Assembly: GCA_963677925.2 (NCBI GenBank)
Contig: CAXXYH010000003.1
Span: 1,152,001 to 1,216,000, forward strand
Direction of reading: 5' to 3'
Length of the DNA: 64,000 nt
Origin: Spirochaetia bacterium
Lineage (GTDB): Bacteria; Spirochaetota; Spirochaetia; UBA9216
Under the pieces are notes generated by a model. It saw only the letters and a list, made by a program, of their open reading frames with translations, was not told the DNA's origin and did no database searches. Below are positions 53,774-63,550 of the stretch, one piece after another. Numbering within the stretch: the stretch's first letter is position 1; each line of letters starts with the position of its first letter. The position numbers and the translations under genes are program-made.

Positions 53774-54703
53774 TTATTTTTTTAAATTTCGATGGACTGC
53801 AGCAGCAGTAATGGAATCTGTAACTAGTATATTTATCAGGTTTCCGCGTATAGCACCTGTGATAGCAGAAATTTTCTTTTCACCGCCGGCGATACCAATC
53901 CTGATAGGAATGTTTTTATAACTTTCCAAATCTATCGCAAATACCCGGCCGTTAAGATCACTCTGAATAACATTACCTTTATCATCAAAAAAGTGGGTAC
54001 ACACTTCACCAACTACATTTTTATCTTTTAAAGATTTTTTTTCCTGTTCCGACAGAAAATCTTCCTGTATGAACGAAGATTCCTCGGACATATCACCAAG
54101 GCCGACTACCGCAACAGTACAATTCTTCATTTTGTCATATACCTGAGCAAAAAAACTTTCTTTCAGCATTGAATCTCTGAGCTGCTTATTTTCGACAATA
54201 ATGGGAGCATACATAAAATATGGTGTTGCATCCAGGACTTCTGAAGACTGTCGTACGATGTCATCTGAATTTACATTTGACTCCCTGGCATTCAAACCGC
54301 CTACCAGTTGTGTAACAATCAGGTTCTTTTTATCAGATTTTTCTAAATTAGCTACAGCTGAAGAAAGGGCTCTGCCCCTGGAAAAACCAATAATATCATT
54401 ATCATTAATAATCCTGTCCAGATAAGCTGCAGCAGCAAGTCCGAGTGAGTTGTTTATGTCCTCGTCACAATTTAGAATTATTGCTTCGTTTAGACCCGAG
54501 CATGTCTCGAATTCAGTTTCATATTCAATATTTCGATCTTCAATATCCTGAATTACAATTTTAACAATACCTTTATCTAAACAATATTTTAATATCCGAT
54601 TAACTCTTTGTCTGGATGTCAGCATTTTCTTGGCAATTTCATTCTGAGTCATGCCTTTCCTGTAATAATAATGAGCAACCTTGATATATTCGTTAAGATT
54701 CAT
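53774..54703 (-). CDS. SorC/LsrR-family sugar-binding transcriptional regulator
   Basis: YYYRKGMTQNEIAKK..SRQRVNR HTH; QLVGG, VGEVC, AGGEKK, LVTD. Confidence 0.93.
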   Translation of the reverse strand: MNLNEYIKVAHYYYRKGMTQNEIAKKMLTSRQRVNRILKYCLDKGIVKIVIQDIEDRNIEYETEFETCSGLNEAIILNCDEDINNSLGLAAAAYLDRIINDNDIIGFSRGRALSSAVANLEKSDKKNLIVTQLVGGLNARESNVNSDDIVRQSSEVLDATPYFMYAPIIVENKQLRDSMLKESFFAQVYDKMKNCTVAVVGLGDMSEESSFIQEDFLSEQEKKSLKDKNVVGEVCTHFFDDKGNVIQSDLNGRVFAIDLESYKNIPIRIGIAGGEKKISAITGAIRGNLINILVTDSITAAAVHRNLKK

Positions 54704-54819
54704 AAATGTTCCTACCAGATTATACAATATCATTAATTTATTTTGTAAACTATATAAAATTATGTACTGTTGGGGAACGGAGTTGATGACGGTTCTTAAA
54801 TTATCAGCGCTATTGAATT

Positions 54820-54846
54820 TATAGGCTGATTTCTTACAGCCGATAA
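54820..54846 (+). promoter_or_regulatory. Sigma-28 (FliA)-type promoter
   Basis: TATA-N15-GCCGATAA versus consensus TAAA-N15-GCCGATAA. Confidence 0.7.
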
Positions 54847-54925
54847 GAACTTCTTCAATGTATAAATTAACTTTCTCTGTACTTTCCGACTGTCTATGGA
54901 TAAATTTAATATAAGGAGGAACATT

Positions 54926-55069
54926 ATGGAAATTGAACCTGTAGATCCTTCGACACCACCGCCGGAAAAGCCTGCCGAACAGCCGCTCCCGCCTCCGGAA
55001 GAAACAACCCCGGAAGCAGAGGTTATCGAGGACGATAAACTCGGAGAAAACGTAGATCTGCTTTCATAA
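54926..55069 (+). CDS. 47-aa Pro/Glu-rich small protein (not in ORF track)
   Basis: AAGGAGGA RBS then MEIEPVDPSTPPPEKPAEQPLPPPEETTPEAEVIEDDKLGENVDLLS*. Confidence 0.75.
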   Translation: MEIEPVDPSTPPPEKPAEQPLPPPEETTPEAEVIEDDKLGENVDLLS

Positions 55070-55280
55070 TATCAATCAGCATCCTGAGCAGTAATATGAG
55101 TTGGAGATTCTTGAACCACGGATATAGATGGTAGAGATATGTGGCCATACGGATAGACACGGACTGCGTTAAACCACATAGTCTGACTCAAACTAGCAAC
55201 CGTGAAGCGATAGAAGATAGATTAGATTTATAAGACGTCCTTGCCTCCAGAGAGCTTTTTAAGAAAAAAGGAGGCAGGTT

Positions 55281-55696
55281 ATGCTGTTGTATGAAGAATT
55301 ATCAAATAAAATTGTAGGGGCTTTTTTCAGGGTTCATAATGAACTGGGTCCGGGTTTGCTTGAATCATGCTATCATTATTGTTTTGCCTAAAGCAAAACA
55401 ATTAGAAGTTTTCAAAGAAAACTTCACATGCTCTTTACATTGAACTGAAAATCACCGGATTAAATGTTGTCTATAATGCCCCACTTAATGTGCATTACCG
55501 GGGTGAAGTTGTCGGTGAGTTTTTCTCAGACCTTGTGGTTAATAACAATATCATCATTGAAATCAAATCTGTTCAGGCGCTTTCATCTGCGCATGAAGCA
55601 CAGCTAATTAATTATTTACGCATAAGTAAGCTTAAGGTCGGTTATCTTGTTAATTTTCAGGGTTCAAGGGTTGTATTTAAGCGGTTTGTGGTTTGA
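55281..55696 (+). pseudogene. GxxExxY-family protein interrupted by a 50-bp insertion
   Basis: MLLYEELSNKIVGAFFRVHNELGPGLLESCYH, insertion with in-frame TAA, then HALYIELK...DLVV...IIEIKSV...HEAQLINYL...LVNF; deleting 50 bp gives an intact 121-aa ORF. Confidence 0.92.
55377..55426 (+). mobile_element. 50-bp twin-hairpin insertion (copy 1)
   Basis: T-ATTGTTTTGC-ctaaa-GCAAAACAAT-ta-GAAGTTTTC-aaa-GAAAACTTC-A; absent from the paralogous gene at this position. Confidence 0.75.
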
Positions 55697-55745
55697 TAAA
55701 CCGAAGTCAAAGATTAATAGTAATCGTGGTATAATCACGGTATAT

Positions 55746-56396
55746 ATGAAACGTTCAATTAAACATAGTAATATTCCGGAACAAGATTCGATGACTTCAA
55801 AGTTTTATGAAGAGAGGGCATCCATGCTAGCACTTGAGTATGCTGAAGCAGCCCCCGGTTTTACTGAAATCTTTAAAATACTCTTACCTGAAAATTCCGC
55901 AATACTCGATGCAGGCTGCGGGTCCGGGCGTGATCTTGCATCCCTTTCTGAATCCGGTTTTAACGTGACAGGGGCTGACTCTTCATCTGAGATGATAACA
56001 GCAGCAGAGAAGATGTATCCGCAACTCAAAGGCAGACTTAAACAGGCAGTATTACCTCTTCTTACCGGCATAACCGGCAGGTTCGACGGGATTCTATGCT
56101 CCGGAGTTCTTCAGCACATCCAAGATAAATATATACATGAGTGCTTCAGCACATTCAGCAGATTTCTACTACCCGGCGGGATATGTCTTGTAAGTTTTCC
56201 CGTCACCTACCCGGACATCCATCCCCATACAAAGCGTGATATAAATGGAAGGTTATTTATTATCCGCACGGGGGAACATTACAAAGAGTTCGCATCCGTA
56301 TACGGATTGATACTCAAAGAGCAGATTTTCAATCAGGATTCACTCGGGCGACCGGGAACCAGCTGGGGGTTGCATGTTTATCAAAAGAAGGGATAG
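55746..56396 (+). CDS. Class I SAM-dependent methyltransferase
   Basis: ILDAGCGSGRD, FDGILCSGVLQH, LLPGG, DSLGR..W; ATG 55746 or 55791. Confidence 0.9.
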   Translation: MKRSIKHSNIPEQDSMTSKFYEERASMLALEYAEAAPGFTEIFKILLPENSAILDAGCGSGRDLASLSESGFNVTGADSSSEMITAAEKMYPQLKGRLKQAVLPLLTGITGRFDGILCSGVLQHIQDKYIHECFSTFSRFLLPGGICLVSFPVTYPDIHPHTKRDINGRLFIIRTGEHYKEFASVYGLILKEQIFNQDSLGRPGTSWGLHVYQKKG

Positions 56397-56399
56397 AAA

Positions 56400-57500
56400 A
56401 TGAAGTTTGAAGATAGAATCATACTTCCGGAATCAGATCTTTCGATTTCAAAGCTGGTTCAGGCTTTATCCCCTCAATATCTTACAGCAAGCTATAAGCT
56501 GTACTGGCTGCTTGGCATTCTCGACATCATCAAAGACTTTCCATCAGAAAGATCCATAAATATTGAATTTGATGATGTAATTAGAAGAATGATAGCACTC
56601 AGCTGGTACACAATACTTGAATACAGGCTTAATTTCGGAGCATCAGACACACTGGAAAAGGCTGTGCATTATATAGAAAGCAACACTGAACTTAACAGAA
56701 ATAGCTGTAAAAAAGAAATAGTAGAACTTCTTGAAAACTCTGCTGATTCAAAAATAATTGAAATTATACACAGCTTCAGCAAATATGTGCCCTACCGGTT
56801 TCTCACAACCTTCATCCCTAAACTGAACGGCATTCCGGATCATAAAAGAAATTCTGTAATTGAAGAAGCCTCAAAAACCACTCCTGATATTCCTTATGCA
56901 ATTTCAGGTAAAACATGTGTAATGGATCTTAAATGGCTTGAATACCTATATCTGAATAATTCAATAATTAAGGGCTGGGTCCAATACAAACTTGTTTCTT
57001 TTCTTCAGGCTAGAAATCCCAATGTTCCGGCAATAACAGAAAAGTTTGAAGCGCCTCATCAAAGAAACCTTGAAGCAGCACGGAAATACTGGACTGAGTA
57101 TATTTCCTTTAATGATTCAAGAGATATTTTCAGTCATCAGCCAATGAGGGCAACTGAAATAAGCATAGATCATTTTGTACCCTGGAGCTTTGTACTACAT
57201 GACAGAATCTGGAACCTCGCACCCACAAGCCGTGAATTAAACTCCAGTAAAAGCAATCATCTACCTATGTGGGAAAAATATTTCAAGTCATTTGCGGAAC
57301 TGCAGTTCAGGGCATTCAAATGGCATAGTAATAAAACCCCTTCCTCAAAAGTATTGGAAGATTTCATCTTAATAAAACCAGGTATAGCAGGCACTGATAT
57401 AAGCAGAGAATCATTTTTCAGTATTCTGGAAAACACTCTTCAACCGGCTTATCGTATAGCTGCCAATCAAGGTTTTAGTGTTTGGGAAAATAAAGGTTAG
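56400..57500 (+). CDS. HNH endonuclease domain protein
   Basis: SIDHFVPWS..HDRIWNL...NSSKSN; N-terminal TASYKLYWL. Confidence 0.88.
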   Translation: MKFEDRIILPESDLSISKLVQALSPQYLTASYKLYWLLGILDIIKDFPSERSINIEFDDVIRRMIALSWYTILEYRLNFGASDTLEKAVHYIESNTELNRNSCKKEIVELLENSADSKIIEIIHSFSKYVPYRFLTTFIPKLNGIPDHKRNSVIEEASKTTPDIPYAISGKTCVMDLKWLEYLYLNNSIIKGWVQYKLVSFLQARNPNVPAITEKFEAPHQRNLEAARKYWTEYISFNDSRDIFSHQPMRATEISIDHFVPWSFVLHDRIWNLAPTSRELNSSKSNHLPMWEKYFKSFAELQFRAFKWHSNKTPSSKVLEDFILIKPGIAGTDISRESFFSILENTLQPAYRIAANQGFSVWENKG

Positions 57501-57523
57501 CATTATTAAATATATTTATCTTA

Positions 57524-60268
57524 TCATTTACAGATTTCTTTTAATTTACTAACAAGCTTTTCTCTTTCACCACTTTCATTAGTTTTAAATCTTAGTATAG
57601 GTATACCATATATATCTAAAATTCTATCTTTCATTCTATCGCGCTCAGCCTGCCTAGACCCCTTTTTATGAAACTTATACCCATCCACCTCAATAGCGAG
57701 TATAGATTTTTTGCTAATTTTATTGTAAAGCAAGAAATCAAGATGAGTTGAACTATGCATAGCATAATTTTTTTCTTCACTACTTAAGGGCATAGTATCC
57801 CGAATCAACATATTTAATTGCTGATGGCAAATAACATCACAATTTAAATAGTTATTTTCGTTTATTACATCCAAAATTAATGAATACATTAAATTTTCAG
57901 AATCATATTCTGATATTCTTTTTTTATTTTTCAAGTAACTAATACGTTTTTTAGTATATTGCTGATATAAAAGATCAAAAACTGAATAAATAGTACTTTC
58001 ATTCATGCTTAGGTTATTATATTCAATATAGCCTATCAAATCATTTATATTGCTATCTGAAGACAGTTTGTTTCCTGAAGTAACAACACATAGATTCTTT
58101 TTAGCTCTAGAGATCGCAACATTCAATAAGTATGGATTATCAGAAAAATCCGTTACCTTATCATCTACAGAACTGATTATGATAGAATCTTTTTCTCTAC
58201 CCTGGAATTTATGCACAGTCGCAATATCTATCTTAATATCTGAAAAACTTTGTTTTAATGCAGAGACTTGACTTCTGTAAGGGGCTATTATACCTATATC
58301 TTTATTCGGATAATTATTATACGGTAGAATTTCATGCTTAATAACGTCTATTTGTCGTTGATTCATTAAGCCTCTTTGGTGATTTCCAATTACAGTTTTA
58401 TAAACTGAAACCACATTCTCTTCATCATTATCTTTTGTCATTATTAATAACTTTCCATCATAAAATTTTTGATTACAAAAGTTAATTATTTTAGGATGGC
58501 ATCTGTAATGTTCTCGAAGAAGCGTCTCTGGAATATCTGTTATAATTTCACATACAGACTTCAAGAAGCTATTTTCTATAAAATTATAACCAGAGTTTAT
58601 ATTAAAACTATTAAAAATTGAAGAAAGTTTTGATTTTTCACTTTCAGATATTACATTTGGAAGCTGTTTCAAATCGCCAACAATAACAGCATTTTGTGCA
58701 CAGGATAAAGCTAAAGCACCTGTCGCAATATCAACCTGCGAAGCTTCATCCATTATTAGATAATCATATTCTGCACTTGAAGATAAACTACTCCTCGAAG
58801 AGTAGGTGGTACTTAAAACAATTGGGTATTCGTTAATAAAACTCTTTGGATATTTCCATAGGTCCTCCACAGAAAACCTTTTTCTTTGGGATTTCTTTCC
58901 ATACTTTTCAAATAAAAGAGATCTAAGATATTTCATAGACATCTCTGTTAACTCTTTTAATAGTTTTTTTTCATTCCGCATTTCAAGCGCTTTCTTATAT
59001 TTATAGATACTTAAATTAAGTTCATTAATCTTATTTGTATAGAAAAGGAACTGCAGTAGTCTCGAAATTTTATTTATACCATTCTTATAAAATTTCCAAT
59101 TCGCAATTCCATAAATGTAACAACATCTAATTTTAAAATAAAAAGATGGAGATCTACCTTTTTCTGAATACTTTTCACATTTATGTAGTAATTCAAATAA
59201 AATCTGACTATCAAGAGGTATCTTTACCTTTGTTTCATTTAAAATGGTTCCAGATTCTTTTAAAAATCTTTTAAAATGAGAAAATTCTAAATTTACGTCT
59301 GATAACTTTTGACTATCATAAGCAAGTAACTCATTGAGATGAAAAATTTCATTTAGTTCAGTTGAGCTTTTATGAATTTCCTTAATAAGTTCTCCTCCTC
59401 GAGCCGATTCCAAACCCCAGTCTTTTATCACTGTTGGATATTCACCAGTCTGCCTATTTATGAACTGTGTTTTATTATTTGAATTTCCGAGAGGAGCTAC
59501 AAGAAAATCTAAAAGATATTCAGGAGAAGACAGTTTATCTAAGATATTTTCTATAGCAGAGTTATTATTTGATACAACTTGTACTGTTTTTTCTGAAATT
59601 AGTAGGTTTGCTATTATATTTAAAATCGTTTGTGTTTTTCCAGTACCAGGTGGTCCTTGAATCACACTTATCTGAGAAGATAACGCATTTGTTACTGCTT
59701 TAAATTGACTAGCATTACACCCAAAAGGGAAAATGGGTATATTAAATTTTAGTTTTTTTATTAAAAATTTTTCCGGATTTAAATAAATATTTAATACTTT
59801 GTTTTTTTCTATTGTCTTTATTTTTTCATAATGCTTGGAAAGAATTTTTGTGCCATCTTCAGCTCTAAGACTTACTAAATCTGATATTCTAGTAAGATAA
59901 TTAAGTACACAACTTTGCTTTTCATCATTTAAAATATTTTTAATTATTGAAATATCTTCACCATGGAAATCTACAAAATGCTTATTCTTAAAATAAATAT
60001 GATAATAGGAGAACTGCTTTCCATCGTTAAAGACATACACTGCTTCAATATCTTTAAGTTCCTTACCAAAGTGTTTAAATTGGTAGTTATCTGGATTTAA
60101 AATAATAGGATTCCTAAGCCAATTCACATGTTCTGCTCTATATGTATAAGCTTTACCCTCCTTAAATTTTATTATAAATTTTGATTTTTCTGGAAGATAA
60201 TTACAAAATAAGACTTCTGGTGTAACTATTCTTCCCTTTGCTATAATCATATTTTGTCTTAAATCCAT
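57524..60268 (-). CDS. SF1 (DNA2/Upf1-like) helicase with C-terminal DUF2726/Vsr-like nuclease domain
   Basis: QGPPGTGKT, DEASQ, VGDLKQL, EHYRCHP, HKFQGRE, NVAISRAK; HLDF...IEVDG..FH...RDRMKD. Confidence 0.9.
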   Translation of the reverse strand: MDLRQNMIIAKGRIVTPEVLFCNYLPEKSKFIIKFKEGKAYTYRAEHVNWLRNPIILNPDNYQFKHFGKELKDIEAVYVFNDGKQFSYYHIYFKNKHFVDFHGEDISIIKNILNDEKQSCVLNYLTRISDLVSLRAEDGTKILSKHYEKIKTIEKNKVLNIYLNPEKFLIKKLKFNIPIFPFGCNASQFKAVTNALSSQISVIQGPPGTGKTQTILNIIANLLISEKTVQVVSNNNSAIENILDKLSSPEYLLDFLVAPLGNSNNKTQFINRQTGEYPTVIKDWGLESARGGELIKEIHKSSTELNEIFHLNELLAYDSQKLSDVNLEFSHFKRFLKESGTILNETKVKIPLDSQILFELLHKCEKYSEKGRSPSFYFKIRCCYIYGIANWKFYKNGINKISRLLQFLFYTNKINELNLSIYKYKKALEMRNEKKLLKELTEMSMKYLRSLLFEKYGKKSQRKRFSVEDLWKYPKSFINEYPIVLSTTYSSRSSLSSSAEYDYLIMDEASQVDIATGALALSCAQNAVIVGDLKQLPNVISESEKSKLSSIFNSFNINSGYNFIENSFLKSVCEIITDIPETLLREHYRCHPKIINFCNQKFYDGKLLIMTKDNDEENVVSVYKTVIGNHQRGLMNQRQIDVIKHEILPYNNYPNKDIGIIAPYRSQVSALKQSFSDIKIDIATVHKFQGREKDSIIISSVDDKVTDFSDNPYLLNVAISRAKKNLCVVTSGNKLSSDSNINDLIGYIEYNNLSMNESTIYSVFDLLYQQYTKKRISYLKNKKRISEYDSENLMYSLILDVINENNYLNCDVICHQQLNMLIRDTMPLSSEEKNYAMHSSTHLDFLLYNKISKKSILAIEVDGYKFHKKGSRQAERDRMKDRILDIYGIPILRFKTNESGEREKLVSKLKEICK

Positions 60269-60278
60269 CGTACTTCTT

Positions 60279-63200
60279 CTAACCAACACCTAATTTGACA
60301 GAATCTTTCCAAAGCACAGGCGGAAGTGGATGCTCTAAGCGCCAGGTTATGCTCATCGGTTGACTACCGTAATAGGAATCGAAATTTACTAACCCTAGAT
60401 TAATAAACCCCATAGCTCGACCATATTCATCCTCAGATTGCTCTCGAACAAAAAGGACTATCTTTTTCCCATTTTTACTTTGTTCAATATATGATAAGCC
60501 CTTGCCCTTTTCAGGCCTAGCGGAGTTCTGAGTCTGCCAATGAAATAGAACATCATTGATTGCGTAATCATGGTACAGAGTTGTAGGTGAAAATTTCTTC
60601 TCTGTCTTTTGCAAAGTTACAAAAAGCAGCTCGCAATTAAGAGATTTAATTTCAACAGAACCTTCTCGACTGCTTGATTTTTTACTGAAAGAATTTTCAC
60701 CAAAAGCCGCAAGAATTTCATCTCTTGTATACCTTGAATGGAGTTTTATTGCTATTGGAAATCCCAGATCAAGAGGCATTTCATAAACTTCAAGTTTATC
60801 CAGAATATTATCTATTACATCTACACATTCGTTTCGAAGGAGCTCATCTCTTCTTATAGCTGATAGCGATTCCTTTAAATTTCTCATTCCAATAAGTGCT
60901 CCAGGTTTCTGCCAAAAATCATAATGGACCATCATAGCCATTTGATTCTCTTCTTCTGATGATGTATCTCAGTGCCCAGTCATGAAAAAATCTTTGAGAA
61001 AAAGGAGGTATGAAACCGAGGTGCTTTGTAATAACCTTTTAGACAATCCTTTAAATATGGCTTGTTCAATTTCACGATCTAAGAGATCAGAAGAAAGTCC
61101 TGCTTCAATACAAAGCCTATTCCAACCCCCTCCACCATCAATTTTGATTTTATAAATATCTTCTATGGAAACTTGAGGATTGTGTATGAGAAAATTTCGA
61201 AGTGATAATTCAACTGAAGAATGTTGATTATATACCTGTATCCAAGAAATCAGCTTGTTACGATTTACAATCGCATTTTTTATATTCCGAAGAATGATTT
61301 CTTTAGCCTGTTTTTGTAACAATATTGAACATCCCAACGGTAGATGGGGAAAATTGTCTTCAATTTCATCAGTTATTGAATAATGTGATTTCCCAACAAG
61401 TGCCCGGAATTTTTGTGAAAAATCATATTCAGCATGAGCATTCCCAACAAAATCAAGAACGGTTAATGAATCCTTTCCTTGTGATAAACGCAAACCTCTA
61501 CCTAATTGTTGAAGAAATATTGTAAGACTTTCAGTTGGTCGCAAAAACAATACGGTGTCTATCTCTGGAATATCTACTCCTTCATTAAAAATATCTACGA
61601 CACAGAGAATATTTATTTCTCCCTTTGCCAACTGATCACGAAGCCTCACCCTTTCATCAGAATTATTACTTGTTAGTACGGAAGCTCTTATACCCTTCAA
61701 CAAGAATTTTTCAGCCATATATTTTGCATGTTCTTGTGTAACACAAAAGGCTAATGCTTTGATTCGATTAATATCATCAATTAAATCAAACATTGTTCTT
61801 ATTATATGACCAACTCGTTGATCATTAGCCATATAAATCCCCGTTAACTCCGAAGGCAGATAACGTCCCTTTACCCACGCCACATTGGACAAATCCACAG
61901 TATCATCAATTCCGAAATACTGAAAAGGACATAAATACCCATGATTGATAGCTTCTGGTAAACGAAGCTCAGCAGCAATTACATTACAGAAATCTGACCT
62001 TATATCAGTGCCATCATTTCGTTCAGGCGTTGCTGTTAAACCAAGTAAAATTTTGGGCTTAAAGAAATTGATAATATTACGATAGCTATCAGCTGCAATA
62101 TGATGAACCTCATCTACAATTATATAATCATAAAAATCAGGCTCAATTTCTAAGTGATCAATTTTACTACTCAACATTTGTACGGAGACAAATAAATGAC
62201 GATAATGCTCTGGTTTAGAATTTCCGACCCAGAGCTCACCAAATTGATGTGAACGCAGTATCATCTGAAAAGTAAAAAGGGATTGTCTTAGGATTTCCTC
62301 TCTGTGCGCTATAAATAATAATTTGGTTGCTGGATTTTCTTTATATATAGATCTGAAATCGAAAGCTGAAATAACGGTTTTGCCAGTACCAGTGGCAGCA
62401 ACTACCAAATTTCTGTATCTGTTGTGAACTGTTCTTTCAACCAATAATCTCTGTAAAATTTCTTTCTGATAAGCATGTGGTTCAATATCAAAAAAATGCT
62501 GTTGGTTCTCAAAGTCATTATTAGATTTTTTTTCATTTTTAAGCGCCTTCATTAGACGCTCTTTATCATTTATATCTTTTACATTGTAAATCTCAAAATC
62601 GCTTGAAGCCCAATAAGTTTCAAAAGTGGATTTGAATTTTTCAATTATGTGAGGAATTTCCTGGGTTGTTATCTTTAAATTCCATTCTAGCCCACTTGTT
62701 AAGGCTGCATGAGAAAGATTAGACGAACCAATATAACCAGTATGATAACCTGACTTCCTTCGAAATAGATAAGCTTTTGCATGCAAACGCTCTCTTTCTG
62801 TATTATAACTTAAGCGTATTTCTGTATTAGGTAATGCTGATAAAAAATCGACAGCTTTCTGGTCAGTTGCCCCCATATACGAAGTGGTAATAATTTTTAA
62901 TTTTGTTCCTTTACTAGTTGCCTCTTTAAGAGTATCAATAAATATTCGGATTCCTGTCCATTTAATAAAAGATACCAACCACCAAATTTCATCCGAAGAT
63001 AAAATTTCCCGTCTTAGCTCTGATTCTAAAGATAATCCAACATTACTACCAGTAAATAACTCGCTTTGAACTAAACCTGTCTTGGGTGTTATCTTTTCAA
63101 GATATTTTTTAAAATCTGCTGCTATCGGATTTTTAATTTCTAATAAACCTGAAAGTATATCGCCAGTAGTCACTAAAATATTTTCTGATATTTCAACATT

Positions 63201-63449
63201 TTTCAAATAGTCAGAAAGCCATCTTATTATCGAATTTGATAATTCAAGTTGATTCAAGAGTCTGTCATCGTTATTTGGAAATAATTCAAGCGCAGTATGG
63301 ATAACTTTTGATAAAAATCTGGTTAAATATTCAGAGGCTTCCGCACGATCAAGAACTTTTTTTTCAATATAATATTGCTCATTGCTATTATTTAAACGTT
63401 CTTGAAGTAATTCCGTAATTAGCTTTTCATAGATACCTGATTTTAACAA
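60279..63449 (-). pseudogene. PLD nuclease-SF2 helicase-DUF3427 protein (SauUSI-like type IV restriction enzyme) with one in-frame TGA
   Basis: LHAKAY...GSSNLS, ATGTGKT, DEVHH, LTATPER, QQLGRGLR; ORFs 60969-63449 and 60279-60941 share a frame, joined by TGA-DTSSEEENQ; C-part has YHDYAI...FHWQTQN. Confidence 0.88.
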
Positions 63450-63550
63450 TTTTTGATCCTTTATAAATTACTTCTAAAACATTATCGATTGTTCTATTTT
63501 ATCTTTAAATTCGAGTGGAATACAGAAAAAGATATAATTTTATTATATTT

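Noticed and set aside
55374-55429. CAT on both sides of the first insertion as a 3-bp duplication
   Set aside because: Both codons are needed to match the paralog (YHNAL versus YHHAL), so a duplication is not required; it cannot be fully excluded.
60969-60971. Selenocysteine or alternative genetic code at the TGA
   Set aside because: Linker position, no evident SECIS-like hairpin, and TGA is an ordinary stop in other genes here.
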